Assembly (NCBI GenBank): GCA_951813565.1
Contig: OX638351.1
Coordinates: 4,096,001-4,160,000, forward strand
Length of the DNA stretch: 64,000 bases
Reading direction: 5' to 3'
DNA from: an uncultured Poribacteria bacterium
GTDB lineage: Bacteria; Poribacteria; WGA-4E; WGA-3G
Each line of letters opens with the position of its first letter. The stretch's first letter is position 1. A model generated the notes under the pieces. The model saw only the letters and a list, made by a program, of their open reading frames with translations, ran no database searches and had not been told where the DNA came from. Below, one piece after another: positions 9,852-20,167 of the stretch. Made by a program: the position numbers and the translations under genes.

Positions 9852-11228
9852 TCACTTTGCCAAATCTTTCGCTTTTTGGAACTTCTGTTTAGCGAATTGT
9901 CCCCACTCTTTGATCTTCTCGTTGCGATAGATAGGGTCTTTCCAGTCAGCAGCTGCAACTTTCATCGCTTCCTCTTCAGAAATCGGCATCTCCACCAGCG
10001 CTGCAATTGCCGCATCACGTTTCTCAGCATCTGGACATTCTCGGATTGCTTTCCACGCATCAACAAGGTCTATATGCGAATCAATAATAAGTATACCAAA
10101 GAGGTCATTAACAATATCCCACCGTGCGCTGCCTTTATCAGCATCATAAGGAAACGGAGATAATTCTAAAGTAAACGGGTTCGTCACAACACATCGATCC
10201 CCTAATTCGTCATAGAGCGTAGGCAGCACGCTGGCTCGGTTCAATCCACCTTTCCATTTAGGTCCTTCATTATCACTATCGCGCAGCATCCACAGTTTTT
10301 GCGCCTGTTCAGACAAAACGAACTCAACAAACTTTTTCGCTATCTCCATGTTCGGCGCACCTTTCAGAATTGCGATTGAATCTGGATTGACAACAGTACC
10401 ATCCGTTGGCAAAACATATTTGATTTTTTCAGAACCTAATGCAGCGATTTGGCTATAAGCATAAAAATCAATCGCTAACCCGTAAATCACTTGCCCTGCA
10501 CCAACGTCTCTTGGAATAACGTTGGACCCAGCAGAAAACTTCTTCACATTTCCACCCAATTTCGTCAGGAGTGCAAATCCTTTCTCCCATCCGTGTGTTT
10601 GGAGGATTATTTCATACATCATGTGTGCACTACCACTTTCTCTTGGGTCGGCAGCACCAATTTGATTGATTAAAGCGATGTCTCCCAAATCCTCCCATTT
10701 TGTGGCTTTCGGTAAATTTTTCATCTCACGCAGCTGATCATTGTACATAATACCGAAACTTGATAACGCCGCACCATACCACCGATGTTTAGAATCGTAG
10801 ACAGGAATCCCATGATACGATTGTGGAATCTGTTTCAGTTGCGCATCAGGAAGTTTGTATGAAGTTAACAACCCCATCTCAGAAAGGCGGAGATAACTGT
10901 CCGTTCCACCGCCAAAGAAAATATCAATGCCGATACCCTCTGGTACCCGCTTAAACTCAGATTCAATAAACCGATAGTTGGACGAAGTACCACCAACATC
11001 TCGCCAATCAGTTTTGACGGGTCTACCTGTCTGTGCCTCATACCATTTTTCAAAATTGCTGCCGAATTCTGTCTCAATACTTTCTGGATGTGGTGATATA
11101 ATGATAAGTTGATCTTGTGTCTGGTCCGGTGACTTGCATTGCCAAAATACCATTACGCAGAGCAGTATCCCTAACGTTGCGATATGGGTAACCTTCAAAG
11201 TTTGCCGTAACGGATTTAAATAGGACAT
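9852..11228 (-). CDS. ABC transporter substrate-binding lipoprotein (Fe3+/AfuA-like family)
   Basis: Lipobox-like FWQC; IIISPH, DIFFGGG, ADPRESGS, AILKGAPN motifs. Confidence 0.85.
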   Translation of the reverse strand: MSYLNPLRQTLKVTHIATLGILLCVMVFWQCKSPDQTQDQLIIISPHPESIETEFGSNFEKWYEAQTGRPVKTDWRDVGGTSSNYRFIESEFKRVPEGIGIDIFFGGGTDSYLRLSEMGLLTSYKLPDAQLKQIPQSYHGIPVYDSKHRWYGAALSSFGIMYNDQLREMKNLPKATKWEDLGDIALINQIGAADPRESGSAHMMYEIILQTHGWEKGFALLTKLGGNVKKFSAGSNVIPRDVGAGQVIYGLAIDFYAYSQIAALGSEKIKYVLPTDGTVVNPDSIAILKGAPNMEIAKKFVEFVLSEQAQKLWMLRDSDNEGPKWKGGLNRASVLPTLYDELGDRCVVTNPFTLELSPFPYDADKGSARWDIVNDLFGILIIDSHIDLVDAWKAIRECPDAEKRDAAIAALVEMPISEEEAMKVAAADWKDPIYRNEKIKEWGQFAKQKFQKAKDLAK

Positions 11229-11698
11229 AGTTGTGATTTCTCCTCTGAAAATTTAAGTTTTGTTACAAATCATTCGTGGTCGCGACTGAAAACCGAAACC
11301 GATAAATTTATCAGACTCTGAACAGCGAAATAATATCCTGCATTTTCCACGCTAAAATCAGGATTCCCGCGAGCAGAATTATGTACCACACAATCATCGC
11401 TTTTACTTGTTTTTTCTTGAAGAACGAACGCGGTGGTCTGTTCTGTTTCATTAGTTTGCTCCTTATACCTATCCGTCGAAACGGATTGCAACTCCTACAT
11501 AGATGCGACAATAATAGCATATCTTATCCAGAAGCGTCAAGCCAAATCCCAGAGTCGGGCAGGGTTATTTAGTTTTCTATATTTCCGACGATTTTTATCA
11601 TACACGTTAATGCTTATAATAGTATCGTCCGTTGGGTAGAGCTTGCGAAACCCATAGGCATCAATTTAGTGGGCAAATCCCGTCAAACCTTGTAGGGC

Positions 11699-11732
11699 CA
11701 AATCAACGCCAAATGCGCGTGTGGCATTTGTC
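11699..11732 (+). mobile_element. 34-nt CAAATCAAC-hairpin micro-insertion at a junction of two REP types
   Basis: TGTAGGGC[CAAATCAACGCCAAATGCGCGTGTGGCATTTGTC]GGGACTAA. Confidence 0.8.
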
Positions 11733-12030
11733 GGGACTAAAGAGCGTGTCCGCAACGTTTTCTATAAACATATCGTCCCTACGGGACTAAGGAAAATACC
11801 GAATTTATTTTTTAATCTTCATTTAGTTTGCGTCTCATAAGGCACAAACTGAAAGTTTGTGCTACAACTTCTATTGTCCATTATCTTTCCAAGACAAGTT
11901 TAGCAAAGTGTCCCAATAATTTCAAAGTTCACTATAAATAGCCCTGCCACTATAAAACTTTTCTGTTGTCATTTTTTTAGAGATATGGTATTGTAAAAGA
12001 TAAGATTTTGACCACACTAAAGAGGACAAC

Positions 12031-14424
12031 TTGTTGAGTATGCTAAAAAAGCTGATTGGTATCCTTTTTATTTTGAGTTTGTTCCCCATTTTTGCTATAG
12101 CCAACCCGCCAAAGGCACGTAGTCACCTTCCCTCAAACTCCGTTGCGATGAGTGATGATGCGTTAGCCACTTTTTTTAATCCCGCAGGGTTAGGCACTAA
12201 TCGCGCCCTGAATTTATACTACTTACGAACATACCACAGCGATTGGCCTGGTGATGATGCACTCTATATCTCGGCACCAAGTGGTGGATTCAGCATGGAA
12301 TTCGTAAACGCTGCAAATGATATTGACTTTGCGCGTTACAGTTTGTCTGCAGGACACCATTTCGGTAACGCGCTGTACTGGGGAACAAGTTATAGTTGGA
12401 TCAACTCAGACAATAGGTTTTATGACCGATTCAAATCGCTTTCTGTGGGTTTAATGTATCGGCGCCGCTATATCTCAATAGGCGCAATCGGACGCGACCT
12501 CAATCGTCCGAAATTGTTTAATCAAAAATTGGGACGAACCTACGATGTTGGTGTTGCGCTCCGTCCAGGAACATGGCGCACCACTTTTTCTGTAGATATG
12601 CGCAAAACACAAGATGTGGATGAAATTGTCCTCAGTTACGCTGTTGAAATCCGCCCAATTCGGGAACTCATGCTACGTGGAACTTATAACAGTGATAGCA
12701 GTTTTGACATCCGTTTTGGTATTAACGTTGGAAATTTCGGTATCGGCACAGCGAATTATTTTGATGAAAATAGAAAAACAAACGCTGGGATTGGTTACTT
12801 CAACTTTTCAACAGCCGCTATAACCAAACCGATTCCCCGTAAACGTATTTTCCTTGACTTAGGAATGCACCAACTTGATAGAACACTCCGCATCGCTAAA
12901 TGGGACGAAGATGTGGCTGGCGTTTTAATTCGAATTAATGGGGGCAGATATGGAATAGGGCAATTCCAAGAGATAAGTGATGCTATCCTGGAATTTAAGG
13001 GATCGGGCAAAGTTGTTATCTGCTATATCACTAATTGCTCAACAGGAGATTACATCGTAGCCTCAGCGTGTGATGTTATCCTGATGCATCCAAGTGCTGA
13101 GGTGCGCCTTATCGGATTACGGTCAGAACGTAGTTTTTACAAAGGTGCTTTGGACAAACTCGGTATTCAAGCACATTTTGAACATATTGGCGAATATAAA
13201 TCTGCATCGGAACCGTTCACTCGAAGCGATATGTCTGAACCACATCGCGAGAACCAAAATGCGCTCCTTGATGACCTATATGATCAACTCACTAAAATTA
13301 TTGCTACAGCAAGAGGATGGTCATCTGAACACGTTAAACAACTAATTGATCACGGACCCTATACTGCTACTGGCGCACTCAGATCCAAAATTGTTGACGA
13401 ACTTGTTTATGAGGATAGACTGAAGGACAGAGCAAGTAAACTTACGGCAAGTGATGTTACCCTTGTTAAGATCAATGATTATCTAAAAAGTGGTTTGTAT
13501 CCTCACGATTGGACTGTTGCAAAACCCAAAATTGCGGTTATTGAAGCAAAAGGGTTGATGTTAACCGGAGAAAGTTTTGCCGATCCTTTTACTGGGACGA
13601 CGGTAATGGGAGCAGGTACGATAGCGCGTGCAATCAAGTATACGCGCGAAGACGCATCAATTAAAGCAGTTGTCCTGCGAATTGATAGTGGAGGCGGGTT
13701 AGTTATCGCTGCGGATATTATCTGGAATGAACTCATGTGGCTCACGCAGGTAAAACCAGTTGTTGTCTCTATGGCAGACATCGCCGCTTCTGGTGGATAT
13801 TATATTGCTGCACCTGCGGATGTTATTGTCGCCGAACCAGGAACAATAACTGGTTCGATCGGTGTCATCGGTGGAAAGTATAGTTTCAAAGGATTGTATG
13901 AAAAACTCGGTATCAAGAAAGAAATTATGACTCGCGGGGCACATGCAGACTTTTATAGTGATTATAGCGATTACTCTCCAGACGAACAGAAGATCGTTCA
14001 GAAGCAAATCAACGAAATTTATGAAGATTTTATCTCTAAAGTCGCACAGGGAAGAGCGCAATTAACGAGAGAAGATGTGGATAAAGTTGCCCGCGGCCGT
14101 GTATGGACAGGAAGGCAAGCGAAAGAGAAAGGATTGGTTGATGAACTCGGTGGATTGAGCAAGGCACTTTCAATTGCGCAGAAACGTGCAGGTTTGGAAA
14201 AAAAGACTGTAGAGATAGTTCGATTTCCTAAACTACCTTGGATAGCACAATTATTCGGAAATATTCGGCTCATATCCACAAAACAGAGGGTCCTATCACA
14301 AGGTATGTCCCAACCTTATGTGCGTCAATTACTTGGGCAAACGACCAGTTTAAAATTGATCAATATCATTAAGAAGCATCGCATCTTTCTATTGATGCCT
14401 TATCAAATTAACGTGGGTTCATAA
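12031..14424 (+). CDS. sppA: Signal peptide peptidase SppA (tandem S49 domains) with N-terminal beta-barrel-like domain
   Basis: GEYKSA, LRIDSGGG, AASGGYY, TITGSIGV, GRVWTG; about 260-aa N-terminal extension with FFNPAGLG and alternating beta strands. Confidence 0.9.
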   Translation: MLSMLKKLIGILFILSLFPIFAIANPPKARSHLPSNSVAMSDDALATFFNPAGLGTNRALNLYYLRTYHSDWPGDDALYISAPSGGFSMEFVNAANDIDFARYSLSAGHHFGNALYWGTSYSWINSDNRFYDRFKSLSVGLMYRRRYISIGAIGRDLNRPKLFNQKLGRTYDVGVALRPGTWRTTFSVDMRKTQDVDEIVLSYAVEIRPIRELMLRGTYNSDSSFDIRFGINVGNFGIGTANYFDENRKTNAGIGYFNFSTAAITKPIPRKRIFLDLGMHQLDRTLRIAKWDEDVAGVLIRINGGRYGIGQFQEISDAILEFKGSGKVVICYITNCSTGDYIVASACDVILMHPSAEVRLIGLRSERSFYKGALDKLGIQAHFEHIGEYKSASEPFTRSDMSEPHRENQNALLDDLYDQLTKIIATARGWSSEHVKQLIDHGPYTATGALRSKIVDELVYEDRLKDRASKLTASDVTLVKINDYLKSGLYPHDWTVAKPKIAVIEAKGLMLTGESFADPFTGTTVMGAGTIARAIKYTREDASIKAVVLRIDSGGGLVIAADIIWNELMWLTQVKPVVVSMADIAASGGYYIAAPADVIVAEPGTITGSIGVIGGKYSFKGLYEKLGIKKEIMTRGAHADFYSDYSDYSPDEQKIVQKQINEIYEDFISKVAQGRAQLTREDVDKVARGRVWTGRQAKEKGLVDELGGLSKALSIAQKRAGLEKKTVEIVRFPKLPWIAQLFGNIRLISTKQRVLSQGMSQPYVRQLLGQTTSLKLINIIKKHRIFLLMPYQINVGS

Positions 14425-14485
14425 AATTGAACTCTATTATAATTTTGCAAGATGAGCCAAATGACGGATTCAAGGAAAGTATTCG

Positions 14486-15124
14486 ATGACACAAGTCAAT
14501 GAATTTGCTATTGCCAGACAGAGAATGGTCCGCAACCAAATTGAAAATCGTGATATTCAGAATCCTGATATACTGGCTGCAATGTGTAAAATTCAGAGGC
14601 ATCTTTTTGTAACACCTGAATTTCATAAATGGGCTTATCACGATAGACCCCTTCCAATAGATAAGGGGCAAACGATTTCGCAACCCTATATGGTTGCATT
14701 GATGACAGCATTATTAAAATTAACCCCTCATTCAAAAGTACTAGAAATCGGAACAGGGTGTGGGTATCAAACCGCTGTGTTGGCAGAAGTTGCCGAAGAG
14801 GTTTATTCCGTTGAAATTCTTCCTGAACTCGCTAAAAGTGCAGAAGCACGACTAAAAGCACTTAATTATCAAAATATACATCTAAAACAAGCGAACGGTT
14901 ATTTCGGTTGGATTGAGCATGCGCCGTATGATGGCGTGGTCGTAACTGCTGCCCCTAAAAATATACCGCACCGACTTACACAGCAACTCGTTGAAGGTGG
15001 ACGAATGGTTATCCCTGTTGGTTCAGATACGCAGGAACTTTTCGTAATTCAGAAATGTAACGGAAAAGTTGAAACCACGAGGATCATTGGTGTCAGTTTT
15101 GTTCCAATGACAGGCACACCGTAG
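14486..15124 (+). CDS. pcm: Protein-L-isoaspartate O-methyltransferase
   Basis: GQTISQPYMVA, VLEIGTGCGYQTA, APYD, GGRMVIPVG, FVPM. Confidence 0.95.
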   Translation: MTQVNEFAIARQRMVRNQIENRDIQNPDILAAMCKIQRHLFVTPEFHKWAYHDRPLPIDKGQTISQPYMVALMTALLKLTPHSKVLEIGTGCGYQTAVLAEVAEEVYSVEILPELAKSAEARLKALNYQNIHLKQANGYFGWIEHAPYDGVVVTAAPKNIPHRLTQQLVEGGRMVIPVGSDTQELFVIQKCNGKVETTRIIGVSFVPMTGTP

Positions 15125-15132
15125 GAGAAAAA

Positions 15133-16089
15133 ATGACAAAAATTAGATTGAGATGTTATTACATACTGTTTATATTTTTATTATTCACACCCTCTGTTTA
15201 TGCTGCTTTTGATGACATTGGTGTTGGCGCTCGTCCTCTCGGTCTCGGCGGGGCTTTTGTTGCTCTCGCTGATGATAGCAACGCTGCTAACTACAACGCT
15301 GGTGGTTTAGCCTATATTAAGGAAATTCAGATTGGCGCCACCCATGCACAAAGATTCAGCGGACTCATCACCTATAACACAATTAGTGGTATTCTTCCCC
15401 TCGGCAGAGTCGGAACTTTCGGCGCAAATATCGGTATTTTGGCGGAAGATTCACAGATTTATCAAGAACAAACGTTGCGCTTCTCTTACGGGAATACGCT
15501 TTTCAAGCAATTAGGGTTAGGAATCAACCTAAAACTATTTGGGACAACTTTTGATGAGGCAAACGAATTCGTTGCTGAGAATCCGTATTTTGCCAATACC
15601 TCAAGTTCAGCCTTATCGTTTGATCTGGGTGTAATTGTTAAGCCATTCAATAGCTTGAGTATCGGTGTATCGGTGGAAAATATACTTCCTGCAGATATAA
15701 GCATATCCGAAAATCAGACAGACTCGGTACCACAAAATATACGTGCAGGCTTGGCATACAATCTTGCATCTATCGCTGAGATGAGTGCACAGGGTGAGGC
15801 AATCAGCAACATATTGAAAGCAGCTTTGGGAACTATTGAAGTTGCAGCTCGAAACGGTGAGATTTCTACGCGAGCAGGCGTAGAAATCTGGTTGAACAAA
15901 GCTATCGGTATCCGAGGTGGTTACGGAATGAATAGCGGAGGGAATTCTGCTACGACCCTGAATCTCGGTGGTAGTGCTAAGATACCGATTAGCAGCACGG
16001 CACTTCAACTTGACTATGGATTTCAGTTCCTGACTGGAGACCTTCAAGACAACACAACACAACGATTCTCCGTAAATATATTATTCTAA
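15133..16089 (+). CDS. PorV/PorQ-family outer-membrane beta-barrel protein
   Basis: Signal peptide; GVGARPLGLGGAFVALADD..A..YNAGGL hatch motif; C-terminal Phe. Confidence 0.8.
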   Translation: MTKIRLRCYYILFIFLLFTPSVYAAFDDIGVGARPLGLGGAFVALADDSNAANYNAGGLAYIKEIQIGATHAQRFSGLITYNTISGILPLGRVGTFGANIGILAEDSQIYQEQTLRFSYGNTLFKQLGLGINLKLFGTTFDEANEFVAENPYFANTSSSALSFDLGVIVKPFNSLSIGVSVENILPADISISENQTDSVPQNIRAGLAYNLASIAEMSAQGEAISNILKAALGTIEVAARNGEISTRAGVEIWLNKAIGIRGGYGMNSGGNSATTLNLGGSAKIPISSTALQLDYGFQFLTGDLQDNTTQRFSVNILF

Positions 16090-16104
16090 GATGGGAAGTA
16101 CTTC

Positions 16105-17502
16105 ATGAAAAACGCAATCCTCTTTATAACCTTTATCATTAGCCTCCTTTTCAGTCTACATAGTTACAGTGCAGTGACATCACATGGTGAAATTAACGTT
16201 GCGGGTGAAACGAAAGGTATTGTCCCTGCCAGTTCAACAGTACCATTGGTTGTGACACTTATTATTGACAGGTCTCTGGCAGTAGCTGGAGAAGAAGACA
16301 TTAAGACTATTGAAATAATAATGCCTACAGGGTTTGTGCCTCAATTATCTGATTTTGATAGTATCTTACGAGATGGAAAAAAACTAAATGCGAAAGCAGT
16401 AATCTCTGGAAATGCGCTGCGTGTGGAACTGGCGCAAACGATCGTGGATATTCAGAATTCAATATATGAAATTTCATTTGACTGCAGAACGTCAAATAAT
16501 TTTGGTGAAGTAGTATTCAAAGTAAGACTCCGCAATAATCAAGATGCTCCAATTGGCGAATTTATTAAAGAAGGACAAGCAGATGGCAAATTAAATAACG
16601 ACAAGTTCAGATTACAAGTAATCCCAAATGTGCCGCCTGCCCCTGTTACGGGCTTTACTGCCGAGGCTGACAAAACCGGTGAAAATGATGTAACACTCCG
16701 TTGGCAAAAATCGACGGATCCGGATGTCAATGGATACCTTATCTATCGGGATAAGGATTCCCAAATCAATGTACAAAAACGTGAATCAACGACATTCCGC
16801 GATGTTAATGTTTTTCCCGGAACTCATACATACGAAATAACCGCCTATAAAACACTTTTTTTACAATCAGAACGTTCACCGATACAGACTGTAGAGGTAT
16901 CAGAAGACACTGCTGCACCAGAACCACCGAACATGCTCCGCGTTGTTACCTCAAGCGAGGGTATAGAAGTATCGTGGAAGCCGAGTATTAGTCGCGACAC
17001 AACAAGGTATAAAATTTTGTTTGGTTCCTCAGAGGTTGAAACTTTGGAACTTCTTCCTGATGGTGAAATTTTTACCGAAGATGTGGCGCATGAATCTTCC
17101 GATTTTAAATTTGTAGATAGAAGACCCTTATCAGTGGGTAGTTTTATTTATGCCGTAGTCGCGATTGACGAGGTTAACAACGAATCTGCCCCTGCAAAGA
17201 AAAGACTTCGGATATTCGATAAACCCTATCCCAATCCGTTTACACCTCTTTCGGATGATTCAGATTTTAATTCCATTGTTTTTCCAGCACGTGCAGTTGA
17301 AGATGTTGAGGGAGAATTCAGTGTGCTGCTCTTTAACCTAAACGGCGTGCTTGTTAAAACCTTGACTGCACAACTTGGGGAAACAGAACTGAAATGGGAC
17401 GGTAAAGATGAAAGCGGTGAAATTGTTGAAAGCGGTATTTATATCTATCAATTACAGGTTGGCGATAGTTTCAAAACGGGAACAATCATTGTTGCGAAAT
17501 AG
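16105..17502 (+). CDS. Secreted fibronectin type III protein with FlgD-Ig/T9SS-like C-terminal domain
   Basis: Two FN3-like repeats; PYPNPFTP..WDGKDESG..VESGIYIYQL. Confidence 0.8.
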   Translation: MKNAILFITFIISLLFSLHSYSAVTSHGEINVAGETKGIVPASSTVPLVVTLIIDRSLAVAGEEDIKTIEIIMPTGFVPQLSDFDSILRDGKKLNAKAVISGNALRVELAQTIVDIQNSIYEISFDCRTSNNFGEVVFKVRLRNNQDAPIGEFIKEGQADGKLNNDKFRLQVIPNVPPAPVTGFTAEADKTGENDVTLRWQKSTDPDVNGYLIYRDKDSQINVQKRESTTFRDVNVFPGTHTYEITAYKTLFLQSERSPIQTVEVSEDTAAPEPPNMLRVVTSSEGIEVSWKPSISRDTTRYKILFGSSEVETLELLPDGEIFTEDVAHESSDFKFVDRRPLSVGSFIYAVVAIDEVNNESAPAKKRLRIFDKPYPNPFTPLSDDSDFNSIVFPARAVEDVEGEFSVLLFNLNGVLVKTLTAQLGETELKWDGKDESGEIVESGIYIYQLQVGDSFKTGTIIVAK

Positions 17503-17557
17503 AACCGCATCTATGCGGTATTGTTCAAATGAGTTTTGAAATAGATTTTAGAAATAT

Positions 17558-17587
17558 TTGACTTAATATTAGATACACAGTTATACT
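17558..17587 (+). promoter_or_regulatory. Putative sigma70 promoter
   Basis: TTGACT-N18-TATACT upstream of AAGGAG and ATG at 17636. Confidence 0.45.
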
Positions 17588-17635
17588 ATAGAATTAGAAT
17601 CTTCTCAGAAGAATTTTAAATATAAAGGAGTTATC

Positions 17636-18679
17636 ATGAACAGATTAAAGTCATTTCTACACTTACCAAGAATAATCAAACTGACGATCATTTGCACTTT
17701 AGCAATTGCCTTACCGGTCATGGCAGATTGGGTTACACTACAAGAAATGGACCCAGATATTCGAGATTACATGTCTATGGTATTTACAAATGAAAAAACT
17801 GGATGGGTAGTAGGTTCAGCTGCTTTTGAAGATTTTGAAAATCCTGGCTTCATTGGATATACGATGAATGGTGGGAAGACGTGGCAAAAATCAGAAATCA
17901 AACTGAGTGCAGACCTACATAAGATCCATTTCTTAGATGCTAACCATGGTTGGGCAGTCGGAGCAAACGGATTAATTGCCGGTACTACTAATGGCAGAGA
18001 CTGGGAACGCCAAATTTGTAAGGTAGACAAGGTTCTTGAGGTGAACACCGCACTTAAAGGTGTCTATTTCATAAATAAAAATGTTGGGTACGCTGTGGGT
18101 CAGAACGATACTATTGTTGCAACAAAAAATGGCGGAAAAATGTGGGAAGCACTAAAAGGCGGAAAAATGGCAGCAAATGTAGGTGACGATGAGGCAAGCA
18201 TGTTTAATGCAGTTCAGTTTCTCGACGAAAATACTGGATGGATAGCTGGAGTCCGCGTTTTTCCTGCCACAAAGTCACAAAAAAGCGTTATTCAGAAGAC
18301 TACTGATGGAGCCGTGACGTGGCAAATGCAAGAAACAGGTACAGAGGATATTCTTGAAGATATATTTTTCCTTGATGCTTCAGTAGGTTGGGCAGTTGGG
18401 GAGAACGGTGTTATCCTCCACACCACCAACGGCGGCAAAAAATGGCAAATACAGAAAAGTGGTACCACAGAGATTCTCCGAAGTGTTCGATTTGTAGATA
18501 AATATACTGGATGGGCAGTAGGAGGAGATTTCGGAGTCGGTGTAATCCTCAGCACCAACAGTGGTGGCAAAAAATGGGAAATTGAAAAGAGAAAAGAAAA
18601 AATGGTCAGTGTATCCGTACTCGATAAAAAGAATGCTTGGTTGGCAGCGGAACGCGGTTTAATCTTAAAGACAGAATAG
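17636..18679 (+). CDS. YCF48/BNR-repeat beta-propeller protein
   Basis: Repeats F.D...GWAVG..G.I..T.NGG..W. Confidence 0.85.
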   Translation: MNRLKSFLHLPRIIKLTIICTLAIALPVMADWVTLQEMDPDIRDYMSMVFTNEKTGWVVGSAAFEDFENPGFIGYTMNGGKTWQKSEIKLSADLHKIHFLDANHGWAVGANGLIAGTTNGRDWERQICKVDKVLEVNTALKGVYFINKNVGYAVGQNDTIVATKNGGKMWEALKGGKMAANVGDDEASMFNAVQFLDENTGWIAGVRVFPATKSQKSVIQKTTDGAVTWQMQETGTEDILEDIFFLDASVGWAVGENGVILHTTNGGKKWQIQKSGTTEILRSVRFVDKYTGWAVGGDFGVGVILSTNSGGKKWEIEKRKEKMVSVSVLDKKNAWLAAERGLILKTE

Positions 18680-18777
18680 GTTGGAATAATAATTAAGTAG
18701 CCTATATCTGGACAGTAGATGCTTGCAGACTGATATACCATTATATTAGCGCATGGAATGACGTGAAAAAATAAAGG

Positions 18778-18958
18778 AACGTGAGTTCAATAATAAAATT
18801 CCATAAATACTGTAGGTTGGGTAGAACTGAATCCAGAATAAAATCCGATACAAAAGAGTGATTCATTCTCCATTTAAGGCTGAAAGGACAGAAAAGTGGT
18901 GAAACCCAACTCTTTTATCTCTTATACTTACACTCGAAATCAATATCGAACTCACGTT
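18778..18958. mobile_element. MITE with AACGTGAGTTC TIR and 5-bp target duplication AAAGG
   Basis: AAAGG|AACGTGAGTTC...GAACTCACGTT|AAAGG; carries a GTAGGTTGGG..CCCAAC REP. Confidence 0.8.
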
Positions 18959-18972
18959 AAAGGAGGAAAATT

Positions 18973-20145
18973 TTGGGAAGTTCTACATTCGCCAAGCGGA
19001 TGAGCCGCTTGGGAACAGAATCTGCGTTTGAGGTGTTAGCTAAAGCCAAAAGCTTAGAAGCACAAGGTAAAGATATTATTCATTTAGAAATAGGTCAGCC
19101 AGACTTTTCAACGCCGATGAATGTGTGTGAAGCTGCATTCAAGGCAATGAAAGACGGACATACCGGTTACTGCCCATCAGCAGGGATACCCGAATTCCGA
19201 GAGGTTATCGCACAACATATTTCTGAAACACGCGGTATAGATATCCATCCGGATGAAGTGACTGTTACCCCAGGCGCGAAACCGATTATCTTTTTCACAA
19301 TTTTAGCATTAATTGATGAAGGAGATGAGGTAATTTATCCAGAACCTGGCTTCCCTGTTTATGAATCCGTTGTTGATTTTATCGGTGGCAAAGCGGTACC
19401 GCTTCCGCTTCGTGAAGAGGTCGACTTTCGCTTTCTTATTGAGGATTTGGTTGGTTCGATAACTGAACGCACAAAATTGCTAATACTCAATTCGCCGCAG
19501 AATCCCACAGGTGGAACCCTCACAACAGAAGACATTGCTGCAATTGCGGAACTCGCGCGAAAACATAATTTTTATATCCTGACAGACGAAGTCTATTCAC
19601 GCCTCCTTTACGAAGGCACCCATCAAAGTATCCTGAGTCTCCCCGGTATGAAAGAGCAGACTATTCTGATTGATGGACATTCTAAAACGTACGCTATGAC
19701 CGGTTGGCGGCTTGGATATGGTATCGCACCACGCCCAATTGCAGACAAAATCACTCAGTTGACGATCAATTCAAATTCCTGCACTGCAACCTTCACACAA
19801 ATTGCTGGAATAGAAGCACTAACAGGGCCTCAAACATTTGTTACCCAAATGGTTACGGAATTTAGAAAACGACGCGATGCAATTGTAGAGGGTTTAAATG
19901 CTATTGACGGTATGAGTTGTATCAAACCGCTCGGTTCGTTCTACGTTTTCCCGAATGTCACACAACTTCCTCTTTCCTGCGAAGCTCTCGCTGATTATTT
20001 AATGGATGAAGCAGGGGTTGCCCTACTACCGGGCACAGCTTTTGGAAAATACGGGGATGGGTATCTGCGACTTTCGTATGCGAATTCGTTGGAAAATATT
20101 GAAGAGGCACTACACCGAATAAAAACCGGAATTGGAAAGTTATAG
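18973..20145 (+). CDS. PLP-dependent aminotransferase class I (aspartate aminotransferase-like)
   Basis: IGQPDF, NSPQNPTG, DEVY, SKTYAMTGWRLG; TTG start after AGGAGG. Confidence 0.92.
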   Translation: MGSSTFAKRMSRLGTESAFEVLAKAKSLEAQGKDIIHLEIGQPDFSTPMNVCEAAFKAMKDGHTGYCPSAGIPEFREVIAQHISETRGIDIHPDEVTVTPGAKPIIFFTILALIDEGDEVIYPEPGFPVYESVVDFIGGKAVPLPLREEVDFRFLIEDLVGSITERTKLLILNSPQNPTGGTLTTEDIAAIAELARKHNFYILTDEVYSRLLYEGTHQSILSLPGMKEQTILIDGHSKTYAMTGWRLGYGIAPRPIADKITQLTINSNSCTATFTQIAGIEALTGPQTFVTQMVTEFRKRRDAIVEGLNAIDGMSCIKPLGSFYVFPNVTQLPLSCEALADYLMDEAGVALLPGTAFGKYGDGYLRLSYANSLENIEEALHRIKTGIGKL

Positions 20146-20167
20146 AATAAAGTTGGGAAATTCTCGT

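Noticed and set aside
11311..11520. Small membrane-protein ORF upstream of the binding-protein gene
   Set aside because: Plausible hydrophobic C-terminus, but start and ribosome-binding site are unclear; too weak to list.
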